In this document: positions 35,243-44,959 of the stretch, piece after piece
Layout of the letters: each line of letters begins with the position of its first letter
Position numbering within the stretch: position 1 is the first letter of the stretch
Made by a program: the position numbers and the translations under genes
Notes under the pieces: generated by a model
What the model saw: the letters and a program-made list of their open reading frames with translations, nothing else
Told to the model about the DNA's origin: nothing
Database searches by the model: none
Assembly (NCBI GenBank): GCA_964506725.1
Contig: CAZDLU010000001.1
Location: 45,955-109,954, forward strand
Direction: 5' to 3'
DNA length: 64,000 nt
Origin: an uncultured Rhizobium sp.
GTDB lineage: Bacteria; Pseudomonadota; Alphaproteobacteria; Rickettsiales; UBA1997

Positions 35243-37195
35243 ATGCAAAAAATTATTAATTATTTAAAACAATCATCTTGGGCAAAAATTTTTGTGATTT
35301 TTGCCGGTTTGTCATTTTTACTGCGTACGATTTTTTTTGTGTGGCAAAGAAAAGACATAGTTTTTTCACCAATTTTAATTTTAAAAACTTATGCTTTAGG
35401 ATTATTTTTTGATTTTGTTACTTTAGCTTACATAGCATTGCTTCCGCTAACATATTACACTTTAATTTATCCCAAAATCTTTGCTAAAAAATCTCATCAA
35501 ATTTTTGTTAGAATAATTTATTTTATTTTCCTTTACGTAATTATTTTTTCTTTAGTTGCCGAAATCACTTTTTGGGATGAATTTCAAACGCGCTTTAATT
35601 TTATTGCCGTTGATTATTTGATTTATACGACAGAAGTTATTGCCAATATTATAGAATCTTATCCGATCGTTTCTTTATTAAGCCTTGTTTTAGCTGCATC
35701 AGCGGCGATTTTTTGCTTAAGTGAAAAAAAAGTTTTAATCATAAAAAATGAAAATTTTAAGATACGTGTAAGAAATTTTTTGATATTTTTAGCTTTTTTA
35801 ATCACGGCATTTTTTACGATAAATAGTTCAAAATTATCTAAAATTTCCGATAATAATTACGTCAATGAAATCGCCACCAACGGCATATATCAACTATTCT
35901 CAGCCTATCGCAATAATGAATTAGATTATGATAAATTATATGCAACTTTAGATGAAAAAAATGCCATTAATAATTTGCGTCGCGTAGTTATTTCACAAGA
36001 GCCGCGCTCGAAATTTTTAAATGAAGATGATATCTCACGCCTTGTGGCGCAGACTCGCGCGGGTGATGAGAAAAAATATAATGTGATGTTGGTTGTTGTT
36101 GAAAGTTTAAGTGCTGATTTTATGGCGGCCTTTGGTAATAAAAATAATATTACGCCAAATCTTGATAAATTGGCTAAGCAATCATTATTTTTTACAAATT
36201 TAAAATCAACGGGAACCCGCACCGTGCGTGGCTTGGAGGCTATTTCTTTGGGCGTCCCGCCAACTCCGGGAAATTCAATTGTTCGCAGGCCCAATAACGA
36301 AAATTTATTTAATATTTCTTCACCGCTAAAAGATCGCGGCTATGAAGCGAAATTCCTTTATGGCGGCGATGGCTATTTCGATAATATGAATGATTTTTTC
36401 GGTAATAATGGTTTTGAAATTGTTGATCGCGGCCAATTTTCTAATGATGAAATTTCTTTTTCAAATGCTTGGGGCGTGGCTGACGAAGACTTGTTTGACA
36501 AGGCAATAAAAGAGGCCGATAAATCTTTTGCAAGTAAAAAACCTTTCTTAAATTTTATCATGACAACTTCAAACCATCGGCCATTTACTTACCCTGACGG
36601 TAAGATTGATATTCCTTCCAAAAGCAATCGCGATGGCGCGGTTAAATATACTGATTACGCTATCGGAAAATTAATTGAAAAAGCCAAGAAAAAAGCTTGG
36701 TTTGATAATACGATTTTTGTAATTGTGGCGGATCATTGTGCGGGCTCTGCCGGCAACAGCGACGTGCCTTTGTGGCGTTATCAAATTCCGGCAATGTTTT
36801 ATGCGCCAAAAATAATTCAGCCAAAAGTTTTTACAAAAAATGTCAGCCAAATCGACTTAGCGCCAACTCTAATGGGTTTGCTTAACCTTGGTTATAAATC
36901 TAAATTTTTTGGAACCGACGTAATTAATAATGAGAGAAGCCTTGATAAACATGCTTTCGTCAGCACTTATTCCGATGTCGGTTATTTTAAAAATGATAAA
37001 TTATATTTATTAAAACCAAAAAAAGAGGTAAAAGTTTTTGATGTCGAAATTAAAGAATATGGCTGGCAAGGCTCTGTTGAGAAGGTTTCTGACAGTTACA
37101 CTCAAAAAGAATTAGAAGAAGCAATTTCCTATTACCAAATTGCGAGTTACTTATTTAGAAATGACAAGCTTAAAAATTTCGAACCAAAGCATTGA
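35243..37195 (+). CDS. membrane-anchored sulfatase/alkaline-phosphatase-superfamily transferase (LTA-synthase / phosphoglycerol-transferase MdoB-like)
   Basis: The likely start is ATG 35243, 2 nt after the upstream stop. About 5 N-terminal TM helices, then ..VMLVVVESLSADF.., ..STGTRTVRGLEAISLG.., ..VIVADHCAG.. typical of this family. Confidence 0.8.
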   Translation: MQKIINYLKQSSWAKIFVIFAGLSFLLRTIFFVWQRKDIVFSPILILKTYALGLFFDFVTLAYIALLPLTYYTLIYPKIFAKKSHQIFVRIIYFIFLYVIIFSLVAEITFWDEFQTRFNFIAVDYLIYTTEVIANIIESYPIVSLLSLVLAASAAIFCLSEKKVLIIKNENFKIRVRNFLIFLAFLITAFFTINSSKLSKISDNNYVNEIATNGIYQLFSAYRNNELDYDKLYATLDEKNAINNLRRVVISQEPRSKFLNEDDISRLVAQTRAGDEKKYNVMLVVVESLSADFMAAFGNKNNITPNLDKLAKQSLFFTNLKSTGTRTVRGLEAISLGVPPTPGNSIVRRPNNENLFNISSPLKDRGYEAKFLYGGDGYFDNMNDFFGNNGFEIVDRGQFSNDEISFSNAWGVADEDLFDKAIKEADKSFASKKPFLNFIMTTSNHRPFTYPDGKIDIPSKSNRDGAVKYTDYAIGKLIEKAKKKAWFDNTIFVIVADHCAGSAGNSDVPLWRYQIPAMFYAPKIIQPKVFTKNVSQIDLAPTLMGLLNLGYKSKFFGTDVINNERSLDKHAFVSTYSDVGYFKNDKLYLLKPKKEVKVFDVEIKEYGWQGSVEKVSDSYTQKELEEAISYYQIASYLFRNDKLKNFEPKH

Positions 37196-37856
37196 TTCTT
37201 ATATTGCTGCAAGTGCTATTTTATTGGTTTTATCGCTGATTTTAACGCAGGTTTTAGATTTTGATATTTATCTGCAAAATTTTCTTTTTGTAAATAATAC
37301 TTGGTTGATCGACAAGGATGAAATTGTTAAAAAAATTATTTTTTACAAATTACCGAAAATTTTCTTTGGTGTTGCAATAGCTTATTTGCTGGTTCAATCA
37401 ATTATTTTATATCGAAAAAGAAATTCGAAATTTCATGCAATTTTCTTAACATTTCTGGGTTTTGCCTTGATTCCCTTGATTGCGGGTAATGTTAAGAAAT
37501 TTACTAATATTTATTGTCCGAACCAGCTGGAAATTTACGGCGAACATAAGCCTTATGTAAAAATTTTTGATAAATATCCTGCGGGTTTTAAGCAAGAAAA
37601 AAAAGGTAAATGCTTTCCGGCAGGTCACGCCGTTACAGGTTTTGCGCTATTTATTTTATTTTTTTCGCTGCAAGGAAACGCGCGCATTTATGGTTTTGGT
37701 GCAGCAATGATTTTAGGTTGGATTTTAGGTTTTTATCAAATGGCTAAAGGCGCACATTTCTTTAGCGATACTTGGGTTGCGATGTTATTGTGTTTTTTGC
37801 TTGCGGCAGCAATTGCCAGGGTTTATCAAAGTTTTCTTGCAAAAAGTACCTTTTAG
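37161..37856 (+). CDS. PAP2-family membrane phosphatase
   Basis: Start uncertain (37140 or 37161). Overlaps the sulfatase gene end. PAP2 motifs ..CFPAGHAVTGF.. and ..GAHFFSDTW.. Confidence 0.75.
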   Translation: MTSLKISNQSIDSYIAASAILLVLSLILTQVLDFDIYLQNFLFVNNTWLIDKDEIVKKIIFYKLPKIFFGVAIAYLLVQSIILYRKRNSKFHAIFLTFLGFALIPLIAGNVKKFTNIYCPNQLEIYGEHKPYVKIFDKYPAGFKQEKKGKCFPAGHAVTGFALFILFFSLQGNARIYGFGAAMILGWILGFYQMAKGAHFFSDTWVAMLLCFLLAAAIARVYQSFLAKSTF

Positions 37857-39692
<1,836 letters not shown>

Positions 39693-39710
39693 CTGTAATA
39701 TCGAGTAAAA

Positions 39711-39778
39711 CCCCTCACCCTAACCCTCTCCCAAGGGGAGAGGAAACATTCCGAGTAACTCTCTCTCCTTGAGAGAGG
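39711..39778. repeat. intergenic GC-rich hairpin pair (REP-like, family E)
   Basis: cccctcaccctaaCCCTCTCCCaaGGGGAGAGG (hairpin 39724-39743) and CTCTCTCTCcttGAGAGAGG (39760-39778), flanked by atcgag at both sides. Lies between convergent thiC and ratA. Confidence 0.6.
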
Positions 39779-39794
39779 ATGATAAGATCGAGGT

Positions 39795-40235
39795 TTATTT
39801 CGCCAACTCCTTGGCCCGCGCCTCAAACGCATCCATCATTTTCTCTGTCGCTTTCTCAAAAATCACGCCAATCAGTTTTGTCAGCAAAATCGAGTTAAAT
39901 TCAAAATCGATAAAAAAACTAACCTCACAACCATTTTGCAAATCCTTGATGCGCCATTGATTTACAAGCTTTTTGAAAGGGCCTTTAATTGCAACTACAT
40001 CGATAAAATATTCATCATTATTTTTGCCATGCGTAACATTGGAAGTATATTTTTCAAAAAAACTTTTAAAATTTATTAACAAATCAGCTTCTAAATTTTC
40101 ATCGGAAATTATTTTGGTAATTTTTGCTTGCTTGCACCAAGGCAGAAATTGTGGGTATTGCTCGATGTCCATTACCAAATCGTGGAGAAGTTTGGCGGGA
40201 TAGGGGAGTGTTTTTGTTTGTTTTAGTGAAGGCAT
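39795..40235 (-). CDS. ratA: SRPBCC/START-fold protein, RatA / COQ10-like
   Basis: 146 aa. ..LPYPAKLLHDLVMDIEQYPQFLPWC.. matches the polyketide-cyclase/RatA family pattern. Confidence 0.75.
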   Translation of the reverse strand: MPSLKQTKTLPYPAKLLHDLVMDIEQYPQFLPWCKQAKITKIISDENLEADLLINFKSFFEKYTSNVTHGKNNDEYFIDVVAIKGPFKKLVNQWRIKDLQNGCEVSFFIDFEFNSILLTKLIGVIFEKATEKMMDAFEARAKELAK

Positions 40236-40240
40236 GTTTT

Positions 40241-40352
40241 AAGTGCTTAAGTGCTTAGGTGCTTTCGCGCTGACGCGCTAGTGCTTAAGTAGTTCTCGTT
40301 TTTCTTAAGCACCTAAGCACTAGCGCGTCAGCGCGAAAGCACTTAAGCACCT
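40241..40352. repeat. palindromic element, family B (copy B2)
   Basis: aagtgcttaagtgcttaggtgctttcgcgctgacgcgctagtgcttaag .. cttaagcacctaagcactagcgcgtcagcgcgaaagcacttaagcacct. Long imperfect hairpin between the ratA start and the ffh stop. Confidence 0.85.
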
Positions 40353-40361
40353 AATAACTAC

Positions 40362-41702
40362 CTAACCAATATTCTTCATCATCTCCTGCATTTTCTGCGG
40401 ATCAATTTTTCCAAATTTCCCCATCATTTTTTGCATTTGCTTATATTTTTTAAGCAAACGATTAACCTCTTGAATCGTTGAGCCGGCGCCTTTCGCGATG
40501 CGATGTTTTCTTGAGGAATTTAAAATATCGGGGTTTCTTCTTTCTTTTTTCGTCATTGATAAAATCAACGCTTCCTGCAATTTAATATCTTTTTCAAAAT
40601 TATTCATCTGTCCCAATTGTTCTTTTATTTTTCCCATTCCGGGCAAGAAATTCAATATTCCGCTAAGGCCGCCCATTTTTTTCATATTGCGAATTTGACT
40701 AAGCAAATCGTCAAAATCAAATTGGCCTTTTTGCATTTTTTTGGTCGCTTTTTCCATTTCGTCAGCATCAAACATTTCTTGAGCTTTTTCAACTAACGAA
40801 ACCACGTCGCCCATGCCGACAATTCTTGACGCGATGCGATCGGGATTAAACTCTTCCAAATCTTCCAATTTTTCACCAACACCGATAAATTTTATCGGGC
40901 AATTTGTGGCAGCTTTCATCGTCAAAGCCGCACCACCTCTGGCGTCGCCGTCCAAACGCGTTAAAATAATTCCGCTAATTTGTAATTTTTCGTTAAAATT
41001 TTTGGCAACATTTACAGCGTCTTGACCAATCATGGCATCAACAACGAGTAAGATTTCTTGCGGGTTAGTAATTTTTTTAACCGCCACAATTTCTTCCATC
41101 ATCATCTCGTCAATATGAGTTCTTCCGGCAGTATCTAAAATCAAAACATCATATCCCAAATCAACAGCCATTTGCATTGAACGCTTAGCAATTTCTAATG
41201 GTTTTTGCTCATCAATGATTGGCACAAAATCAACACCAACTTTTTGCGCTAAAATTTCTAACTGCTTTTGCGCCGCTGGTCTGTAAGTATCAAGCGATGA
41301 AAGCAAAACGCGTTTATTATTTTTATTTTTTAAACGCAGCGCCAATTTTCCCGAAGTGGTAGTTTTCCCCGAAGCCTGTAAACCGGCCATCAAAATCACA
41401 ACTGGCGGCTTATGGCTAAAATTAATTTCTGCTCTTTCGCTACCAAGTAATTTTACTAATTCATCATGGACGATTTTTACAATCATCTGACCCGGCGAAA
41501 CGCTCTTGGTAACCTGCTGCCCCAAGGCTTCAGCCTTAACTTTTTCAATAAAATCTTTTGCAATTGTAAGAGAAACATCGGCCTCTAAAAGCGCGATTCT
41601 GATTTCGCGCATGGTGGCATTTAAATCGTCTTCCGAAATAAATTTTTTGCCGGAAATCTTGTCGAAAACTTTTGTGATTTTATTGGAGAAATTGTCGAAC
41701 AT
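40362..41702 (-). CDS. ffh: signal recognition particle protein Ffh
   Basis: 446 aa. GLQASGKTTT, DTAGR and TRLDGDARGGAAL GTPase motifs, plus a Met-rich M domain. Confidence 0.95.
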   Translation of the reverse strand: MFDNFSNKITKVFDKISGKKFISEDDLNATMREIRIALLEADVSLTIAKDFIEKVKAEALGQQVTKSVSPGQMIVKIVHDELVKLLGSERAEINFSHKPPVVILMAGLQASGKTTTSGKLALRLKNKNNKRVLLSSLDTYRPAAQKQLEILAQKVGVDFVPIIDEQKPLEIAKRSMQMAVDLGYDVLILDTAGRTHIDEMMMEEIVAVKKITNPQEILLVVDAMIGQDAVNVAKNFNEKLQISGIILTRLDGDARGGAALTMKAATNCPIKFIGVGEKLEDLEEFNPDRIASRIVGMGDVVSLVEKAQEMFDADEMEKATKKMQKGQFDFDDLLSQIRNMKKMGGLSGILNFLPGMGKIKEQLGQMNNFEKDIKLQEALILSMTKKERRNPDILNSSRKHRIAKGAGSTIQEVNRLLKKYKQMQKMMGKFGKIDPQKMQEMMKNIG

Positions 41703-41730
41703 TTTTTTAAAAAAGAATATGGAAGGCTTG

Positions 41731-41758
41731 ATTTTAAAGGTTTGACATCTTGTGTCAA
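41731..41758 (-). promoter_or_regulatory. candidate sigma70 promoter for ffh
   Basis: On the minus strand, TTGACA (41758-41753), a 16-nt spacer, then TAAAAT (41736-41731), about 29 nt upstream of the ffh ATG at 41702. Confidence 0.45.
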
Positions 41759-41769
41759 GGCGCTATGAT
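41742..41769 (+). promoter_or_regulatory. candidate sigma70 promoter for deaD
   Basis: TTGACA (41742-41747), a 16-nt spacer, then TATGAT (41764-41769). The transcript would run through palindromic element A4 before ATG 41905. Confidence 0.45.
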
Positions 41770-41799
41770 GATAACTTCAATGTCATATAAAAGTAAAAA

Positions 41800-41882
41800 C
41801 TCGATGTCATGCTGAGCCTGTCGAAGCCTGTATTTGTACTCCGAGTTTTAACACCTGCTTAGACAGGCTCCGTGACATCGAG
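41800..41882. repeat. palindromic element, family A (copy A4)
   Basis: ctcgatgtcatgctgagcctgtcgaagcctg .. cacctgcttagacaggctccgtgacatcgag. Immediately upstream of deaD. Confidence 0.85.
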
Positions 41883-41904
41883 CTATATTAATAAAAAATC
41901 AAAA

Positions 41905-43584
41905 ATGACAAATTTAACAAAATTTCGCGATCTCGGAATTTCCGAAACGATGCTGAACGCCTTGCATAAAAAAGGCTTTGAAGAACCTACTCCGATACAG
42001 GCTAAGACTATTCCATTTTTACTTCAAAGTACAAAAGATTTAATCGGTATTGCGCAAACCGGAACCGGTAAAACCGCGGCTTTCGGGATTCCGTTGATTG
42101 AAAATGTGGTGCCGGAATCGAAAAAAATTCAAGCCATTATTTTAGCGCCGACCCGCGAATTAGCGATTCAGGTGGCAGAAGAATTAAGTTCATTCGCTGA
42201 AGAACAACAAACGCGCATTGTTGCCGTTTATGGTGGTCAACCAATCGAGCGCCAAATCGCGCGGCTTAAACGCGGCGTTGATATTGTAGTTGGAACTCCA
42301 GGACGAGTTTTGGATCATATTGAAAGAAAAACTTTAGATATTTCTAAAGTTTCTTACGTGGTTCTTGATGAGGCCGACGAGATGCTAAATATGGGCTTTA
42401 TCGACGATATTGAAGCAATTCTAAAAGTTACGCCAAAAGAAAAACGCACCGTTTTATTTTCGGCAACAATGCCGAGCCATATCGAAAATTTGGCAAAAAA
42501 ATATATGCGCGAATATGAAATTATTTCGGTAATTTCTAATCAAGTTAAGCGCGATAATATTGAGCAAATTTATTTTGAAGTGGCACAATCCGACAAGTTT
42601 GAAGCCCTATTTAGAATTATCGATATTGAATCAAGTTTTTACGGTTTGGTGTTTTGCCGTACCAAAGTTGATGCTGATGAAATTGCTCATAAATTAGCCA
42701 ATCGCGGATGTCGCACCGAAGCTTTGCACGGTGATATTTCGCAAGGTCAGCGCGAAAAAATCTTGCAAAAATTTCGTGATAAAAAAATTACGGCGCTAGT
42801 TGCAACCGACGTGGCGGCGCGCGGAATCGACGTTGATAATTTGACTCACGTAATAAATTATTCATTGCCGCAAGATCCGGAAAGTTATGTGCATCGTATT
42901 GGTCGTACGGGTCGCGCCGGTAAAAGCGGAATTGCGATTACGCTGATTACGCCGTCGGAATATCGTAAATTAATTTCGATTCAAAGAATTGCTAATACTA
43001 AAATTACCAAGCAACAAGTTCCGAATGTTAAGGAAGTAATCGATAGTAAGAAGCAGCGCATCAAAAGCTCAATTGCTGAAATTATTGCCGAAGAAAATTT
43101 TGCTGATTTAGAGCAAGTTGCCGAAGAAATTTTACAGGAAAATCACGATCCGAAAGCGGCGTTGGCGGCTGTGCTAAAACTGGCTTTCAAGGATGAGTTG
43201 AGTCATAAAAGTTATAGCGAAATTAATACTGTGGTTGGAAAAAATTTCGATCGTAATCGTAACCGCGATGACCGCCGCGATGATGATCGCTCTAGTGATT
43301 ATCGCCCCGGCAATAATGACCGCCGAGGTTATGTTGATCGCAAAGGAACCGCGCGTTTATTCATTGCTAAAGGTAAAAATGACGGCATGGATGCGCGTCG
43401 CCTAGTTGATTTTATCCAAAAAGAAAGTGGTATGGATCAAAGAAAAATTGATGATGTAAAAGTTTTGGACAGCTTTTCTTTTTTCGCCGTGCCTTTTGAA
43501 GATGCGGAAAGAGTATTGCACGCTTTCCACAAAAAATCAGATGGTCGCAGGTCGCTGGTTTCTAGGGCGAAGGATAAGAGATAA
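41905..43584 (+). CDS. deaD: DEAD-box ATP-dependent RNA helicase (DeaD/CsdA-like) with C-terminal RNA-binding extension
   Basis: The likely start is ATG 41905 (MTNLTKFRDLGIS). Q motif ..PTPIQ.., AQTGTGKT, VLDEADEM, SAT, HRIGRTGRAG. Arg/Asp-rich linker and a DbpA-like C-terminal domain. Confidence 0.9.
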   Translation: MTNLTKFRDLGISETMLNALHKKGFEEPTPIQAKTIPFLLQSTKDLIGIAQTGTGKTAAFGIPLIENVVPESKKIQAIILAPTRELAIQVAEELSSFAEEQQTRIVAVYGGQPIERQIARLKRGVDIVVGTPGRVLDHIERKTLDISKVSYVVLDEADEMLNMGFIDDIEAILKVTPKEKRTVLFSATMPSHIENLAKKYMREYEIISVISNQVKRDNIEQIYFEVAQSDKFEALFRIIDIESSFYGLVFCRTKVDADEIAHKLANRGCRTEALHGDISQGQREKILQKFRDKKITALVATDVAARGIDVDNLTHVINYSLPQDPESYVHRIGRTGRAGKSGIAITLITPSEYRKLISIQRIANTKITKQQVPNVKEVIDSKKQRIKSSIAEIIAEENFADLEQVAEEILQENHDPKAALAAVLKLAFKDELSHKSYSEINTVVGKNFDRNRNRDDRRDDDRSSDYRPGNNDRRGYVDRKGTARLFIAKGKNDGMDARRLVDFIQKESGMDQRKIDDVKVLDSFSFFAVPFEDAERVLHAFHKKSDGRRSLVSRAKDKR

Positions 43585-43653
43585 GACTAGTAATAAAAAA
43601 CGGGCTTGCATTTAATTCTCTAATCCTTTTAAATGTGCGCTCTCTTTTTTCAA

Positions 43654-43729
43654 GAGCACGTAGCTCAGTCGGTAGAGCACCTCACTTTTAATGAGGTTGT
43701 CGTTGGTTCGATTCCAACCGTGCTCACCA
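43654..43729 (+). tRNA. tRNA-Lys (anticodon UUU), CCA encoded
   Basis: GAGCACG TA GCTC AGTCGGTA GAGC A CCTCA CTTTTAA TGAGG TTGTC GTTGG TTCGATT CCAAC CGTGCTC A CCA. Clean cloverleaf. Confidence 0.95.
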
Positions 43730-44119
43730 CTTTCTCAAAGTGGTGATAAGTTCTTCATTAATTCTCTTCGGCTTAAAATTCTCGCTATCAATACAAACAA
43801 TTACTACCTCAAGCAGATTTAAAAGCTTGCCGGATAGATTCATTTCTTGCTTCATTCGCACTGTTGCTCCGGAAATTTCTAAAACTTCAACGGAAACCTC
43901 AATTAAATCATCTAATTTTGCCGGGGCAAAATACTCAATTTGGCATTTCTTAACTACAAAAACCAAATTCTCTTTTTCCTTCAATTCAGCTTGTGAAATG
44001 CCGCAAGAACGCAAAAAATCTGTGCGCGCGCGTTCAAAAAATTTTAAATAATTAGCATAATAAACCACGCCGCCGGCATCGGTGTCTTCGTAATAAATGC
44101 GATATGTAAAATTTTTCAT
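43724..44119 (-). CDS. ybgC: YbgC-type acyl-CoA thioesterase (4HBT family)
   Basis: 131 aa. ..RIYYEDTDAGGVVYYANYLKFFERART.. is the canonical 4HBT/YbgC N-terminus. The stop codon overlaps the last 6 nt of tRNA-Lys on the opposite strand. Confidence 0.85.
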   Translation of the reverse strand: MKNFTYRIYYEDTDAGGVVYYANYLKFFERARTDFLRSCGISQAELKEKENLVFVVKKCQIEYFAPAKLDDLIEVSVEVLEISGATVRMKQEMNLSGKLLNLLEVVIVCIDSENFKPKRINEELITTLRKW

Positions 44120-44153
44120 ATAAAAAAATAAGGGGCCAGGCTACTTTTTATTA

Positions 44154-44573
44154 TTATTTTACTTTAACGTAACAATTCGGTGTTTCGTAAAGTTTTATTT
44201 TTACGCATTTTACTTTTTTATCCGTAAAAATTTTCGGGCAAATGTCTTTTAGAATATGGCTTGCGATATTTTCGGCTGTAGGATTCTCATCAAGATAATA
44301 AATTTTTTGGCCGGTAGCTTCAGAAATTTTTTCACCTAAATTTTTATCTTTGATCGAAAGAATAGTATTATGATCCAAATTCTCGTTAACCCATGCACCT
44401 AATGTTTCGTAGATCGCCCCAAAATCAATTACGCGTCCCAAATCGTCAAGCTCATCAGCGGCAAAACTCGCCTCAAGCGCATATCGATGTCCGTGCAACA
44501 TTTTGCATTTGCTTTCATGATTGATGATGCGATGGGCTGAATCAAATTCGATGCGTCGTGTACAGGTAATCAT
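44154..44573 (-). CDS. queD: 6-carboxy-5,6,7,8-tetrahydropterin synthase
   Basis: The probable start is the internal Met (MITCTRRIEFDSAHRI..), which leaves a 63-nt divergent intergenic region. ..CKMLHGHRY.. and the His/Glu catalytic pattern of QueD/PTPS. Confidence 0.8.
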   Translation of the reverse strand: MITCTRRIEFDSAHRIINHESKCKMLHGHRYALEASFAADELDDLGRVIDFGAIYETLGAWVNENLDHNTILSIKDKNLGEKISEATGQKIYYLDENPTAENIASHILKDICPKIFTDKKVKCVKIKLYETPNCYVKVK

Positions 44574-44636
44574 TAATTTATGGAAATTTATTAAATGATT
44601 TTTTACATTAGGCCATGAACCCTTAATTATCAAGAT

Positions 44637-44957
44637 ATGAAAGACATTATAGCAAAACTGAAATTCGATGAAAAAGGCTTAATTCCGGCGATCGCGCAGG
44701 ATTATAAAAGCAAGGAAGTTTTAATGATGGCGTGGATGAATAAGGAAAGTTTGGAACTTACTCTTCAAACAAAATTCGCTACTTATTTTTCGCGCTCGCG
44801 AAATTCCTTGTGGAAAAAAGGCGAAACTTCCGGGCATGTGCAAGAGGTTGTGGCGCTTACTGCGGATTGTGATTATGATTGTATTTTGCTGCAAGTAAAA
44901 CAAACCGGCCCGGCTTGTCATACGGGAAGTAAAAGTTGTTTTTTTAATGAGGTTTAA
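44637..44957 (+). CDS. hisI: phosphoribosyl-AMP cyclohydrolase
   Basis: 106 aa. ..GLIPAIAQD....VLMMAWMN.E.L..T......YFSRSR..LWKKGETSGH.Q.V.....DCD.D..LL.V.Q.G.ACHTG..SCF matches HisI. No other his genes in the window. Confidence 0.9.
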   Translation: MKDIIAKLKFDEKGLIPAIAQDYKSKEVLMMAWMNKESLELTLQTKFATYFSRSRNSLWKKGETSGHVQEVVALTADCDYDCILLQVKQTGPACHTGSKSCFFNEV

Positions 44958-44959
44958 CT

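Noticed and set aside
43724-43729. A 6-nt overlap between the 3' end of tRNA-Lys (+) and the ybgC stop codon (-).
   Set aside because: This is real in the sequence but trivial. It is a convergent overlap of a stop codon with the encoded CCA end in a compact genome, with no regulatory implication that I can support.
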